A stretch of 64,000 bases of DNA from Spirochaetia bacterium (GTDB lineage: Bacteria > Spirochaetota > Spirochaetia > CADAEX01). Location: positions 2,656,001 to 2,720,000 of the forward strand of contig OY759746.1 in NCBI GenBank assembly GCA_963662795.1, read 5' to 3'. Positions 1-9,480 of the stretch are shown here, in pieces. Made by a program: the position numbers and the translations under genes. The notes beneath the pieces are model-generated. The model saw nothing but the letters and a program-made list of their open reading frames with translations, ran no database searches and was not told the origin of the DNA. Position 1 is the first letter of the stretch; each line of letters begins with the position of its first letter.

Positions 1-1
1 A

Positions 2-1081
2 AATCTGTCTGATGCGGAAATAAGCAGATGCAAGCATGACAACATAAAGCCTGTTATCAGACTTAAAATTCCTCTGGAAGGTGAAACAGTTTTTACTGAT
101 TACCTTCTCGGAGATATTATCAAAAAAAACAGCGATATAAATCCCGATCCTGTACTGCTTAAATCAGACGGATACCCGACCTATCACCTTGCAAATGTAA
201 TTGATGACCATTTTATGAATATTACCCATATCTTAAGGGCTCAGGAGTGGATTCCGTCCGGCTCACTGCATGTTCTTCTCTATAAGGCGTTCGGCTGGAA
301 GCCCCCGGTTTACTGCCATCTTCCGATGGTTATGGGAAGCGACGGACAGAAGCTTTCAAAAAGGCACGGATCAACTGCAGTACGCGATTTTATGGCAAAA
401 GGGTATCTCCCCGAGGCAGTATTAAATTATGTTTCACTGATCGGCTGGTCTTTTGATGATTCCCGCGAATTCTTCACAAAAGAGGAACTTGAAAAACTTT
501 TTACACTTGAGAAACTTAATAAAGCTCCCGGTGTATTTGATTACAAAAAACTCGAATGGTTTAACGGAAACTATATAAGACAAAAAAGCGATGAACAGCT
601 TGGGCAAATGCTGACTCCCTATCTCGCAAGGGCCGGCTTTGTGGGAGAAAATCCATCTCCGGAAGAACTTAAAATTATTGAGGGTCTGGTTCCCCTTGTA
701 AAGGAAAGGCTTAAAGTTCTTTCTGATATAAAAGACATTTCAGCATTTTTATTCAGGGAGATTGATGAATATAACATCGAAGATCTGATTCCCAAAAAAC
801 TTGATGCTGCAAAAACCGTGGAAATACTTGAAATTATAAAATCTGTTCTGGAAGAAATATTTGAAAACAATGAGGAAAAAACTGAAGAGCTTTTCAAGAA
901 ACTTTCAGGGAAGCTGAATGTAAAGCTTGGAGACCTGATCATGCCGCTGCGTACTGCTGTAACAGGCAGCAGGGTCTCTCCTCCCATAACAGGTTCACTG
1001 AAACTTCTTGGAATGGAAAAAACTGCGGCCCGCATTAACAGGGTTCTTGATATTTTAAAAAATGAGGTAGTAAATGGCTGA
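2..1081 (+). CDS. gltX: glutamate--tRNA ligase (5' end outside the window)
   Basis: Frame open from position 2 (..LLKSDGYPTYHLANVIDDHFMNITHILRAQEW); KLSKR KMSKS-type motif; C-terminal PLRTAVTG..SPP anticodon-binding region. Confidence 0.97.
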   Translation, partial: NLSDAEISRCKHDNIKPVIRLKIPLEGETVFTDYLLGDIIKKNSDINPDPVLLKSDGYPTYHLANVIDDHFMNITHILRAQEWIPSGSLHVLLYKAFGWKPPVYCHLPMVMGSDGQKLSKRHGSTAVRDFMAKGYLPEAVLNYVSLIGWSFDDSREFFTKEELEKLFTLEKLNKAPGVFDYKKLEWFNGNYIRQKSDEQLGQMLTPYLARAGFVGENPSPEELKIIEGLVPLVKERLKVLSDIKDISAFLFREIDEYNIEDLIPKKLDAAKTVEILEIIKSVLEEIFENNEEKTEELFKKLSGKLNVKLGDLIMPLRTAVTGSRVSPPITGSLKLLGMEKTAARINRVLDILKNEVVNG

Positions 1082-2411
1082 AAAACTTACAATGGACACC
1101 CTTGTATCTTTATGCAAGAGGAGAGGATTTGTTTATCAATCAAGCGACATCTATGGAGGACTCTCTTCCGCATGGGATTACGGACCTCTAGGGGTAGAGC
1201 TTAAAAAGAACATACAGGAATTCTGGTGGAAAGAGATGACACGGCTCCACGATAATATTGTGGGAATTGATGCCGCAATAATGATGCATCCCAGGGTATG
1301 GGAAGCATCGGGCCATGTCGAGAATTTTACAGACCCTCTGGTAGACTGTAAAAACTGCAGACAGAGATTCAGGGAGGATAAAATTCCTGATGAAAACAGG
1401 ATAGCGAAGAAATGTCCCGACTGCGGAGGCGATCTAACAGATCCAAGGCAGTTTAACCTGATGTTCAAGACTTATATGGGCCCGGTTGAGGAAGGGGGTA
1501 ACCTTGTCTACCTCCGTCCGGAGACTGCACAGGGAATTTATGTCAATTTTAAAAATGTACTCCAGACAAGCAGGGTAAAAATACCTTTTGGAATAGCGCA
1601 GGTAGGAAAAGCATTCAGGAATGAGATAACGACAAAAAACTTTATATTCAGGACCTGTGAATTCGAGCAGATGGAGATGCAGTTTTTTATCGCTCCTGAA
1701 GAAGATGACAAATGGTTTGAATACTGGAAAAAAGAGCGATGGGAATACTACAAAAAAATTGGAATCAGGCAGGATAAACTCCGTTTCCATCAGCATGGCC
1801 CCGGAGAACTTGCACACTATGCAAAGGATGCCTACGATATTGAATACGAGTTCCCGATGGGATGGCAGGAACTGGAAGGGATACACAACAGGACCAACTA
1901 CGACCTTACAAGGCATACGGAATTTTCAGGCAAAGACCAGTCATACCTTGAAGAGGTGACAAACAGAAGATTTATTCCTTTTGTAATTGAAACTTCAGCA
2001 GGGCTTACAAGGACAGTTCTTACAGTACTTTCAGATGCCTGGGAAGAAGAGGTTGTCGCTGAGGGGGACTCCCGAGTGGTAATGCATTTTCACCCGCTGC
2101 TAGCTCCTGTAAAACTCGGCGTTTTCCCGCTTGTGAAGAAAGACGGCCTTGCGGAACTCGCACAGAAAATAGAACTTGATCTGAGGGGTAATTTTGCGAC
2201 CTTTTATGATCAGGGCGGGGCGATCGGCCGGCGCTACAGGCGGCAGGATGAAATAGGCACTCCCTACTGCGTGACAATTGACTATCAGACAAAGGATGAT
2301 GATACAGTAACTTTGAGATACAGGGATTCAATGGAACAGGTGAGAATAAAAATAGCAGAGATATCTGATTTTATAGCAAAGGCAGACAGCGAATACAGGA
2401 GAGAGAAATAA
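1074..2411 (+). CDS. glyQS: glycine--tRNA ligase, alpha2 type
   Basis: LRPETAQGIY, GKAFRNEIT, FEQMEMQFF, IGRRYRRQDEIGTPYC motifs; overlaps the gltX stop. Confidence 0.97.
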   Translation: MAEKLTMDTLVSLCKRRGFVYQSSDIYGGLSSAWDYGPLGVELKKNIQEFWWKEMTRLHDNIVGIDAAIMMHPRVWEASGHVENFTDPLVDCKNCRQRFREDKIPDENRIAKKCPDCGGDLTDPRQFNLMFKTYMGPVEEGGNLVYLRPETAQGIYVNFKNVLQTSRVKIPFGIAQVGKAFRNEITTKNFIFRTCEFEQMEMQFFIAPEEDDKWFEYWKKERWEYYKKIGIRQDKLRFHQHGPGELAHYAKDAYDIEYEFPMGWQELEGIHNRTNYDLTRHTEFSGKDQSYLEEVTNRRFIPFVIETSAGLTRTVLTVLSDAWEEEVVAEGDSRVVMHFHPLLAPVKLGVFPLVKKDGLAELAQKIELDLRGNFATFYDQGGAIGRRYRRQDEIGTPYCVTIDYQTKDDDTVTLRYRDSMEQVRIKIAEISDFIAKADSEYRREK

Positions 2412-3643
2412 TGAATCAGGCTTTGGCGACACTTAATGAAAGAGGTTTTATAAAACAGTGTACAGACCTCGATTTACTTGATAAAAAGCTTACTGAAGAA
2501 GTGCTTACCTTCTACTGCGGTTTTGACCCAACAGGGCCAAGCCTTCACGCCGGGCACCTGGTCCCCCTTTTCGCGATGGCGCACCTTAACAGGGCAGGGC
2601 ACAGGGCTATAGCGCTTGTTGGAGGGGGGACCGCGAGAATAGGCGACCCTTCCGGTAAAACAGAAATGAGAAAAATTCTCTCCTACGAAGAGATTAAATC
2701 CAATGCGGATAAAATCAGGGAGCAGATCGCAAGGTTTATTGATTTCAGCGATGACCACTCTCTTCTTCTTGATAACGCCGAGTGGCTTGCAAACCTTAAC
2801 TACATAGATTTTCTGCGTGAGATAGGGCGTCATTTTTCTGTAAACCGGATGCTCAGTTTTGAAGCCTACAAGCAAAGGCTTGAAACCGGCCTTTCATTTA
2901 TTGAATTCAATTATCAGCTTCTTCAGTCCTATGATTTTTTAATACTTAACAGGAAATACGGATGCGGTATGCAGATCGGAGGGGATGATCAGTGGGGCAA
3001 TATTGTAGCCGGCGCAGACCTTACAAGAAGAATTGAAGGAAATGAGGTAATTGGCCTTACTTTCCCTCTGGTTACCAGGTCTGACGGTAAGAAGATGGGT
3101 AAAACTGAAAAAGGAGCCCTTTTCCTTAATCCTGAAATGACATCGGTATATGATTTTTTCCAGTACTGGAGGAATGTTGCTGATGCTGATGTAGAAAAGT
3201 TCCTCTTTCTCTATACTTTTTTACCGGCTGAAGAAATCAGGGAGCTTGGGAAACTTAAGGATCAGGAAATCAACAGGGCGAAAGAGGTCCTTGCATACGA
3301 GATAACAAAAATAATACATGGAAAGGAAGAAGCTGACGGAGCACTTGAAGCCGCAAAAGCTGCTTTCGGCGGATCTGACAGCGCGGATAAATCCTCGATA
3401 CCATCTCTTGAACTTCCCGCAGATGAGATCGGGGGGGGGATCAATGTAGTTGATCTTTTTGCCCGCACTTCACTGTGCCAGTCAAAGGGAGAGGCAAGGC
3501 GCCTTGTCCAGCAGGGCGGTGCAATAGTCTCTGAAGAAAAAATATCCGACCTTGATGCAGTAATTGGTTCATCCTATATCAGGGACGGAGAGATTATGCT
3601 TAAAGCAGGAAAGAAAAGGTTTTTCAGGCTTATTGTCAAATAG
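2411..3643 (+). CDS. tyrS: tyrosine--tRNA ligase
   Basis: GFDPTGPSLHAGH, QIGGDDQWGN, KMGKT; C-terminal S4 domain (SKGEARRLVQQGG, GKKRF). Confidence 0.97.
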   Translation: MNQALATLNERGFIKQCTDLDLLDKKLTEEVLTFYCGFDPTGPSLHAGHLVPLFAMAHLNRAGHRAIALVGGGTARIGDPSGKTEMRKILSYEEIKSNADKIREQIARFIDFSDDHSLLLDNAEWLANLNYIDFLREIGRHFSVNRMLSFEAYKQRLETGLSFIEFNYQLLQSYDFLILNRKYGCGMQIGGDDQWGNIVAGADLTRRIEGNEVIGLTFPLVTRSDGKKMGKTEKGALFLNPEMTSVYDFFQYWRNVADADVEKFLFLYTFLPAEEIRELGKLKDQEINRAKEVLAYEITKIIHGKEEADGALEAAKAAFGGSDSADKSSIPSLELPADEIGGGINVVDLFARTSLCQSKGEARRLVQQGGAIVSEEKISDLDAVIGSSYIRDGEIMLKAGKKRFFRLIVK

Positions 3644-3665
3644 TCTGCAATACGATCTGCATAGA

Positions 3666-3713
3666 AAGGCATGGCAGCAGACGGGTTTACCCCGGAAAGC
3701 CCTGCCTTTTTTT
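3666..3713 (+). terminator. possible intrinsic terminator of the gltX-glyQS-tyrS operon
   Basis: Imperfect GGCAG...CTGCC stem followed by a T run. Confidence 0.4.
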
Positions 3714-3993
3714 ATTGCTCAGTCGGTAAATCCGCTGTATTATCAATTTTTCTGTTTCTGAAATACAGAACAACATCCGCCAGTACCATTAAAAGGTTTA
3801 TTATATAGAATATTATTATAATGTCCCTGCTGTAGAAAATCTTGTTGGCAATACCGGACAGGTATCCGAGAACAATGATAAACATGAAAGGAAGACTTTT
3901 CCCTTTGGCAGTTTTTGATTTCCAGGATTTTATGAGGGATGTAGGCCACGCAGCTCCAAAAGCGATCAGCATTCCAGCTTCAAATATACTCAA
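3712..3993 (-). CDS. small 3-TM PQ-loop/SemiSWEET-like membrane protein
   Basis: FGAAWP..IKSWKSKTAKGKS pattern and three hydrophobic segments; TTG start with AAGGAG upstream. Confidence 0.75.
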   Translation of the reverse strand: MSIFEAGMLIAFGAAWPTSLIKSWKSKTAKGKSLPFMFIIVLGYLSGIANKIFYSRDIIIIFYIINLLMVLADVVLYFRNRKIDNTADLPTEQ

Positions 3994-4061
3994 TTTTCAT
4001 CTCCTTTAACCGGGCAATATTTTTTTCTGACAAGTTTTATAAAATATATTAATATAGATGT

Positions 4062-5189
4062 ATGCTGGACTTTATTAAAGATCTGTTATCAAGAAATCTA
4101 ATTATTAACGGTGAAAAAATACCATTAACCCTTCAGCAGCTTATACTCAATTTTATAGTACCGCTGCTGATTTTACTTTTTGTATATAAGTTTATTCTGA
4201 AGCTTATTGTCAGAGCGCTTGGCAAATCAAAGCTTAAAGATGGAATCAAAAAGAAAATAACAACTTATATAAGAAACTGTTTCAGGATTATCATAATAAC
4301 CGCGTTTGTGGTTCTTGCCGACAAACTTCTCGGTGATGAGGTTGTAAAATATTTTCTCCTTGTGTTCAGGGTTTTGAATGAGCCGGTATTTGTGGCTGGA
4401 AGTACTTCCATATCAGTTCTTACAATTGTGATGATGATACCTGTTTTCTTTTTCGCTTCCTGGGCGGGAAAACTTGTATCCAAAGTAATTGATACCTCGT
4501 CCATGGATTTATACAGTAATGAAGATTCAAAACGATTTACAATAGCCAGGCTTGTCAGATACGGGGCAACAGTCCTGACTCTTCTTGTCGGGCTGTCAAT
4601 AATAGGCATAGACCTCTCCTCCATAGCGGTTTTATTCGGGGTGCTGGGTATTGGTCTCGGTTTCGGTCTTCAGAACCTTGTCGCAAACCTGTTCGCGGGA
4701 TTTGTTATTGTAATAACAAGGCCGATCAGGGAAGGGGATCTTATTACGGTAGCACAGAACCGTGGTGTAATTACCAAAATAAATACCATTTCTACTGTTG
4801 TAACGACACTAATGAACGAGACAATTATTGTTCCCAATTCACTTCTTATTTCTGATGTCATACACAATGACAGTTATTCGGACAGAAGCGTTATTATCAA
4901 AAACAGCGTTTCTGTAGCTTACAATACCGATGTTGCCCTGGTTAGATCAATCCTTACAGATATTGCTAAAAGAAATCCCTATTGGCTGGAAGGGACCGAA
5001 CCTGATGCGAGGCTTTATAATTTCGGGGACTCAGGAATAGAAATGGTACTCTATTCCACTATAAAGGACGTTTCAAACAGGGGCCTTGCAATAGCCTGGA
5101 ATAATTTTGATATTTGGAAGGAACTCAAGGAGCAGAAAATTGAGATTCCATTCAGTCAGATTGATGTTCATTTAAAGAAAGAGGGATAA
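4062..5189 (+). CDS. MscS-family mechanosensitive channel
   Basis: LGIGLGFGLQNLVANLFAG, RPIREGDLI, IIVPNS, IEIPFSQ motifs. Confidence 0.93.
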   Translation: MLDFIKDLLSRNLIINGEKIPLTLQQLILNFIVPLLILLFVYKFILKLIVRALGKSKLKDGIKKKITTYIRNCFRIIIITAFVVLADKLLGDEVVKYFLLVFRVLNEPVFVAGSTSISVLTIVMMIPVFFFASWAGKLVSKVIDTSSMDLYSNEDSKRFTIARLVRYGATVLTLLVGLSIIGIDLSSIAVLFGVLGIGLGFGLQNLVANLFAGFVIVITRPIREGDLITVAQNRGVITKINTISTVVTTLMNETIIVPNSLLISDVIHNDSYSDRSVIIKNSVSVAYNTDVALVRSILTDIAKRNPYWLEGTEPDARLYNFGDSGIEMVLYSTIKDVSNRGLAIAWNNFDIWKELKEQKIEIPFSQIDVHLKKEG

Positions 5190-5190
5190 A

Positions 5191-5640
5191 ATGAGATATT
5201 TACTTCTTCACCTGGAATATATCTGGCTTGCGGCCGCAGTTTTATTCATCATTATTGAAGCAATGACTTTTAACCTCGCAACTTTATGGTTTGCCTGCGG
5301 ATCATTGATCGGTATGGCGTCTTCCCTGGCAGGTCTGCCTCTTCTGCTGCAGATTCTCCTTTCCCTGCTGTCCGCGATTGCCCTTCTTGTTTTTGCCCGA
5401 CCGATCGCAGTGAAATACCTTAAAATCGGCAGAACAAAAACAAATTCGGAAAGCCTTATAGGTGAAACAGGTGTTGTAGTAAACAGGATTGAAGAGTTTA
5501 AAACCGGCATCGTAAAAGTAAAAGGGCAGGACTGGAGTGCGGAGTCTGTCACTAATACTGCAATTGATCCGGGAGAGACTGTTGTAATTGCTGAAATAAG
5601 GGGCGTCAGGCTTCTTGTAAATAAAAAGGGGGAAATATGA
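5191..5640 (+). CDS. NfeD-like membrane protein
   Basis: N-terminal TM helices plus OB-fold (LIGETGVV..GIVKVKGQDWSA); directly upstream of the SPFH gene. Confidence 0.9.
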   Translation: MRYLLLHLEYIWLAAAVLFIIIEAMTFNLATLWFACGSLIGMASSLAGLPLLLQILLSLLSAIALLVFARPIAVKYLKIGRTKTNSESLIGETGVVVNRIEEFKTGIVKVKGQDWSAESVTNTAIDPGETVVIAEIRGVRLLVNKKGEI

Positions 5641-6521
5641 TATTAATAATTCTGATATCAGTTATTGTTGTTCTGCTGCTGCTGACTAATGTGCGGATTG
5701 TTCCTCAGGCGGAAACTTATGTTATTGAAAGACTGGGCGCTTATCTTACGACATGGAGTGTCGGGCTGCACCTGAAACTGCCTCTGCTCGACAGGGTCGC
5801 AAAAAGGGTGTCGATAAAGGAAAAAGTTGTGGATTTCCCTCCGCAGCCGGTAATCACAAAGGATAATGTTACAATGCAGATTGATACTGTTGTCTATTTT
5901 CAGATAACAGACTCAAAGCTGTATGCGTACGGAATTGAAAATCCCATGTCAGCTATTGAGAATCTTACTGCGACAACGTTAAGAAACATAATCGGAGACC
6001 TTGAGCTTGATGAGACACTTACTTCACGCGATACAATTAATACAAAAATGAGGTCCCTTCTTGATGAGGCAACCGATGCGTGGGGCATAAAGGTAAACAG
6101 GGTAGAGGTGAAAAATATTCTGCCGCCGAAGGATATCCAGGAAGCAATGGAAAAACAGATGCGTGCGGAAAGGGGAAGACGGGAGGCAATTTTAAGAGCC
6201 GAGGGGGAAAAGCAGTCAGCAATTCTTGTCGCAGAGGGGCAGAAAGAATCTACAATACTTAAAGCAGAGGCGGAGAAGGAAGCCGCTATCAGAAAAGCGG
6301 AAGGCGAATCGGAAGCCATACTTAAAGTGCAGCATGCAACAGCGGAAGGTATTAAAATGCTGAAGTCAGCAGATCCCAATAAGCAGGTCATTGCCCTGAA
6401 AAGCCTTGAGGCTTTCATGAAAGCTGCTGACGGCCAGGCTACCAAGATTATTATCCCGTCCGATATTCAGAATATCGCGGGACTTGCAGTGTCTGTCAGC
6501 GAACTGTTAAAAGATAAGTAG
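5637..6521 (+). CDS. SPFH/stomatin-like (QmcA/band 7) protein
   Basis: VITKDNVTMQID, TTLRNIIGDLELDETLTSRD, WGIKVNRVE, MEKQMRAER. Confidence 0.95.
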   Translation: MILIILISVIVVLLLLTNVRIVPQAETYVIERLGAYLTTWSVGLHLKLPLLDRVAKRVSIKEKVVDFPPQPVITKDNVTMQIDTVVYFQITDSKLYAYGIENPMSAIENLTATTLRNIIGDLELDETLTSRDTINTKMRSLLDEATDAWGIKVNRVEVKNILPPKDIQEAMEKQMRAERGRREAILRAEGEKQSAILVAEGQKESTILKAEAEKEAAIRKAEGESEAILKVQHATAEGIKMLKSADPNKQVIALKSLEAFMKAADGQATKIIIPSDIQNIAGLAVSVSELLKDK

Positions 6522-6552
6522 AAATCCCCGGATATGACGGGAGATGATATAA

Positions 6553-6600
6553 AAACCCCCCTTCCATTTTTTTAATTTCAAGGAAGGGGTTTGTTGTTTT
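6553..6600. terminator. possible bidirectional terminator between convergent genes
   Basis: CCCCTTCC...GGAAGGGG stem with flanking A and T tracts; the loop is long. Confidence 0.45.
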
Positions 6601-6636
6601 AATTTATTTATGCTTTAATAAAAAGCATAAAACAGC

Positions 6637-7413
6637 TTATCTGAATATTGAATCGAAAAATACAAGCATTGATGCCCAGGCCATATTTGCCTCATCCTCA
6701 AAATAAGTCTTGCTTTCCGGATTTGTAAAATTATGGGCAGGCAGATTCCCGTAAACAATATATGAGAAATCAGCTTCACTCTCTTTCATCTCTTTTACAA
6801 AAGCTTTCTGCTTTTCTTCAGGAGCTGCAGGGTCGGAATCTCCCTGTATTGCAAGTATTCTGGTTTTGATATCACCTTTTTTGGCAGTAAGCCCTGTATT
6901 GATTGATGAATGGAATCCTACAACTCCATTAATATCAGTGCCCATTCTTGCCATGTTAAGCACGATACCTCCGCCGAAACAATAGCCTATAGCCGCTGTC
7001 CTGTTTTTATCCGTATATTCTGCATTCTTTAATATATCAAGAGCAGCATTAAACCGTTTTTTGATCAGTGGATAGTCTGATCCGATTGCTCCTGACTTTG
7101 CCCTTGCTTCAGATGCAGGGATTTCTTTTCCGTCGCCGTACATATCCAGCGCAAACGCTACATAACCCTCTTTTGCAAGGTCAACAGCCCGTTTTTTTGC
7201 ATAATTATTGATTCCCAGCCACTCATGAACAACCAATATACCGGGCCTTTTGGAAGTTTTCGACTTGTCATATGCCAGAAAGCCTATGAGTTTCTGTCCG
7301 TCGACAGTGTAGGAAATAGATTCTGTATAAATATTCTGTGCAGTTTCTTCCGCAAAGACTGTAGAAATTATGAGTAATATCAGTGCAATACTACTAAAAA
7401 TCCTGATTTTCAT
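6637..7413 (-). CDS. dienelactone hydrolase family protein, secreted
   Basis: Signal peptide; VVHEWLG; GYCFGG nucleophile elbow; catalytic D and H (AHNFTNP). Confidence 0.92.
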   Translation of the reverse strand: MKIRIFSSIALILLIISTVFAEETAQNIYTESISYTVDGQKLIGFLAYDKSKTSKRPGILVVHEWLGINNYAKKRAVDLAKEGYVAFALDMYGDGKEIPASEARAKSGAIGSDYPLIKKRFNAALDILKNAEYTDKNRTAAIGYCFGGGIVLNMARMGTDINGVVGFHSSINTGLTAKKGDIKTRILAIQGDSDPAAPEEKQKAFVKEMKESEADFSYIVYGNLPAHNFTNPESKTYFEDEANMAWASMLVFFDSIFR

Positions 7414-7490
7414 TTCCTTTCTCCTTATCGATTAAAAATTATTAATTGAATATACTAAATATTATATATAATACAAAAGAAAAAAGAAAA

Positions 7491-7538
7491 AAAAGCTGCG
7501 GAGAGAGATTCCTGTAAAGGAACTATCCGCAGCCTTTT
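7491..7538 (-). terminator. intrinsic terminator downstream of efp
   Basis: GCTGCGGA...TCCGCAGC stem; long T tract on the minus strand. Confidence 0.7.
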
Positions 7539-7566
7539 ATATTGAAATTTTTGATTTACTGAAGAA

Positions 7567-8130
7567 TCAGCTGTTTACCCTTTCAACATATTCTTTTGTT
7601 TCTGTATTAACCATTATCCGTTCTCCTTCCTTGATGAAAAGGGGAACCCTTACGACAAGGCCGGTTTCTACTTTCACAGGTTTTGTTGTTTTTGTAACAG
7701 TATCGCCTTTGATCCCTTCGCTTGCTTCCGTAACAGTGTATATCATTTTGTAAGGTACTTTTACATCAATTGGTTTTTCGTCCCAGACTACAACCTTGTA
7801 GGTATCTCCTTCAATCATAAAAAGCTGTTTATCCTCAAATCCTGCAAACGGGACTGTAAACTGCTCAAATGTCTCAACATCCATAAAATGGTATGCTTCC
7901 GGATCCGCATAAAGGTACTGGCACCCTTTTTCAGTTACAGTTGCCTCTTCCACGTTATCCTGTGTTTTCATTGTTTCCCGCAGGGCCTGACCCGTAATCA
8001 GATTTTTAAGTTTCAGCCGTACAAATGCCGAGCCTTTCCCTGGATTAACAAATTCCCTTTCCACTACCAGATGCGGATCATTTTTTAAAAGTAAAAACAT
8101 CCCTTTATCGATGGCGCCTGCTTTAATCAT
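7567..8130 (-). CDS. efp: translation elongation factor P
   Basis: FVNPGKGSAFVR loop, GIKGDT, VPLFIKEGE, YVERV. Start at 8130 (alternative 8136) after GAGG. Confidence 0.96.
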   Translation of the reverse strand: MIKAGAIDKGMFLLLKNDPHLVVEREFVNPGKGSAFVRLKLKNLITGQALRETMKTQDNVEEATVTEKGCQYLYADPEAYHFMDVETFEQFTVPFAGFEDKQLFMIEGDTYKVVVWDEKPIDVKVPYKMIYTVTEASEGIKGDTVTKTTKPVKVETGLVVRVPLFIKEGERIMVNTETKEYVERVNS

Positions 8131-8243
8131 ATTCATTCCTCATGTGTTTTTATAGTTTATCAAACAATTGATAACTGCAAAGTCCAAAAACAGATTTTGC
8201 ATGAACAAAAGTTATTTATTTAATAACATTTAATAAAATTAAT

Positions 8244-8272
8244 TTGACTATCAGAATTTTCTATAATATCAT
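8244..8272 (+). promoter_or_regulatory. sigma70-type promoter with no downstream ORF
   Basis: TTGACT (8244-8249), 17-nt spacer, TATCAT (8267-8272); AT-rich upstream sequence. Confidence 0.6.
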
Positions 8273-8277
8273 AAAAA

Positions 8278-8360
8278 AAGGGTAAAGAGCCTCCACCCTT
8301 TCTTCTCCTTCTTTTATCGATTTGTTAATCCCTTCCTCTGTCAGGGGAAGGGGTTTTTTA
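8278..8360 (+). ncRNA. candidate small RNA (~80 nt) with anti-Shine-Dalgarno motifs
   Basis: Downstream of the predicted promoter; hairpin AAAGGGT/ACCCTTT with CCTCC in the loop; TTCTCCTT linker; ends in hairpin CCCTTCCTCTG/CAGGGGAAGGG plus a T run on the + strand. Confidence 0.5.
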
Positions 8361-8405
8361 TACCACAACCTGCGATTTTAATCAATAATACAGCCGGTCA
8401 TCAGC

Positions 8406-9377
8406 TTATGGCAAGGCAGGCCTTCCATTATCCGCTTCTCCGATTTCCGGGAACGGATTGCCGCACTGCCAGCCTGTTTTTCCGGTTTCCCTGAATCTTT
8501 CAAGCCTTCTTATTGTGAGCTCTGCAAAAACAGGATCAAGGTCAAAGGTGTAGCAGCGCCTCCCGGTTTTTTCCGCGGCTATCAGGGTCGTGCCTGAATG
8601 GGCAAAAAAATCAGCTACAATCTCATTTTTCCTGCTGCTTGTCAGCAGTACCCTTTCTATCGATTTAAGGCTTTTCTGCGCATAGGCACCTGGAACATTT
8701 TCTTCCATAAGGTAGAAAACCTGCTGGATATCAATCCACACATTCCCGGGGCGGATGTTTTCCGAACGGCTTCTTTCCATATTTTCCGTCACAGTGCCGT
8801 TGATGGTTTTGTAATATCCTTTAAGGACTTTCGGGATATCTGTATAAATTACCTTAAAGGAAGGCGAACCCTTCTGATAGCAAAGGAGCTCCTGCCTGAT
8901 GCACATCCAGTTTTTCTGTGTTCCGTAACCTCTCTGATTCCTGAGCGTAATGTAGCTTCTTGACTTGTAGCCTTGAAATTCCCTCATCAGCATCATTATT
9001 TCCGGGAGAGGGGAAAAATTGTTTTTCTGGTCCGCACCAAGCCACAGATAAAACCATGAGTCATCCGCTGAAAACAGATCTGCGTTTTCAATCCATTGTT
9101 TTGAAAAATCAATATATTTTTCAATTTCATGGCTGAACAGGTTACCTGTAGACTTGTTTTCAAGCTTAATATTATAGGGAGGATCATTGACTATAAGGTC
9201 TGCCCTGTCCTCTCCCATTATTTTCCCGACATCATCGGCAGATGTGGCATCAAGTACTCCGATCCGGTGCCCCTTTACCGGATCAATCCAGACTTCCCCT
9301 TTTTTAAGGCGGCAAAAAGTAAGGAGCTTTTCTTTTAATTCCTTATTGCTGTCCAGTCTCGGAAGTGGTTCTGTCAT
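8406..9377 (-). CDS. N6-adenine/N4-cytosine DNA methyltransferase (beta class), orphan
   Basis: Catalytic DPPY precedes the SAM motif DFFAHSGTT...FDLDP; no restriction endonuclease adjacent. Confidence 0.85.
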   Translation of the reverse strand: MTEPLPRLDSNKELKEKLLTFCRLKKGEVWIDPVKGHRIGVLDATSADDVGKIMGEDRADLIVNDPPYNIKLENKSTGNLFSHEIEKYIDFSKQWIENADLFSADDSWFYLWLGADQKNNFSPLPEIMMLMREFQGYKSRSYITLRNQRGYGTQKNWMCIRQELLCYQKGSPSFKVIYTDIPKVLKGYYKTINGTVTENMERSRSENIRPGNVWIDIQQVFYLMEENVPGAYAQKSLKSIERVLLTSSRKNEIVADFFAHSGTTLIAAEKTGRRCYTFDLDPVFAELTIRRLERFRETGKTGWQCGNPFPEIGEADNGRPALP

Positions 9378-9480
9378 GATTGACCTGATTACCTTAGCCC
9401 TGCAAGTATTTTGAAGATAATATTATAATTGGTTGATTTTATCCATATCTCATAATAGAATTTTAATCAGGAGGCAAAAT

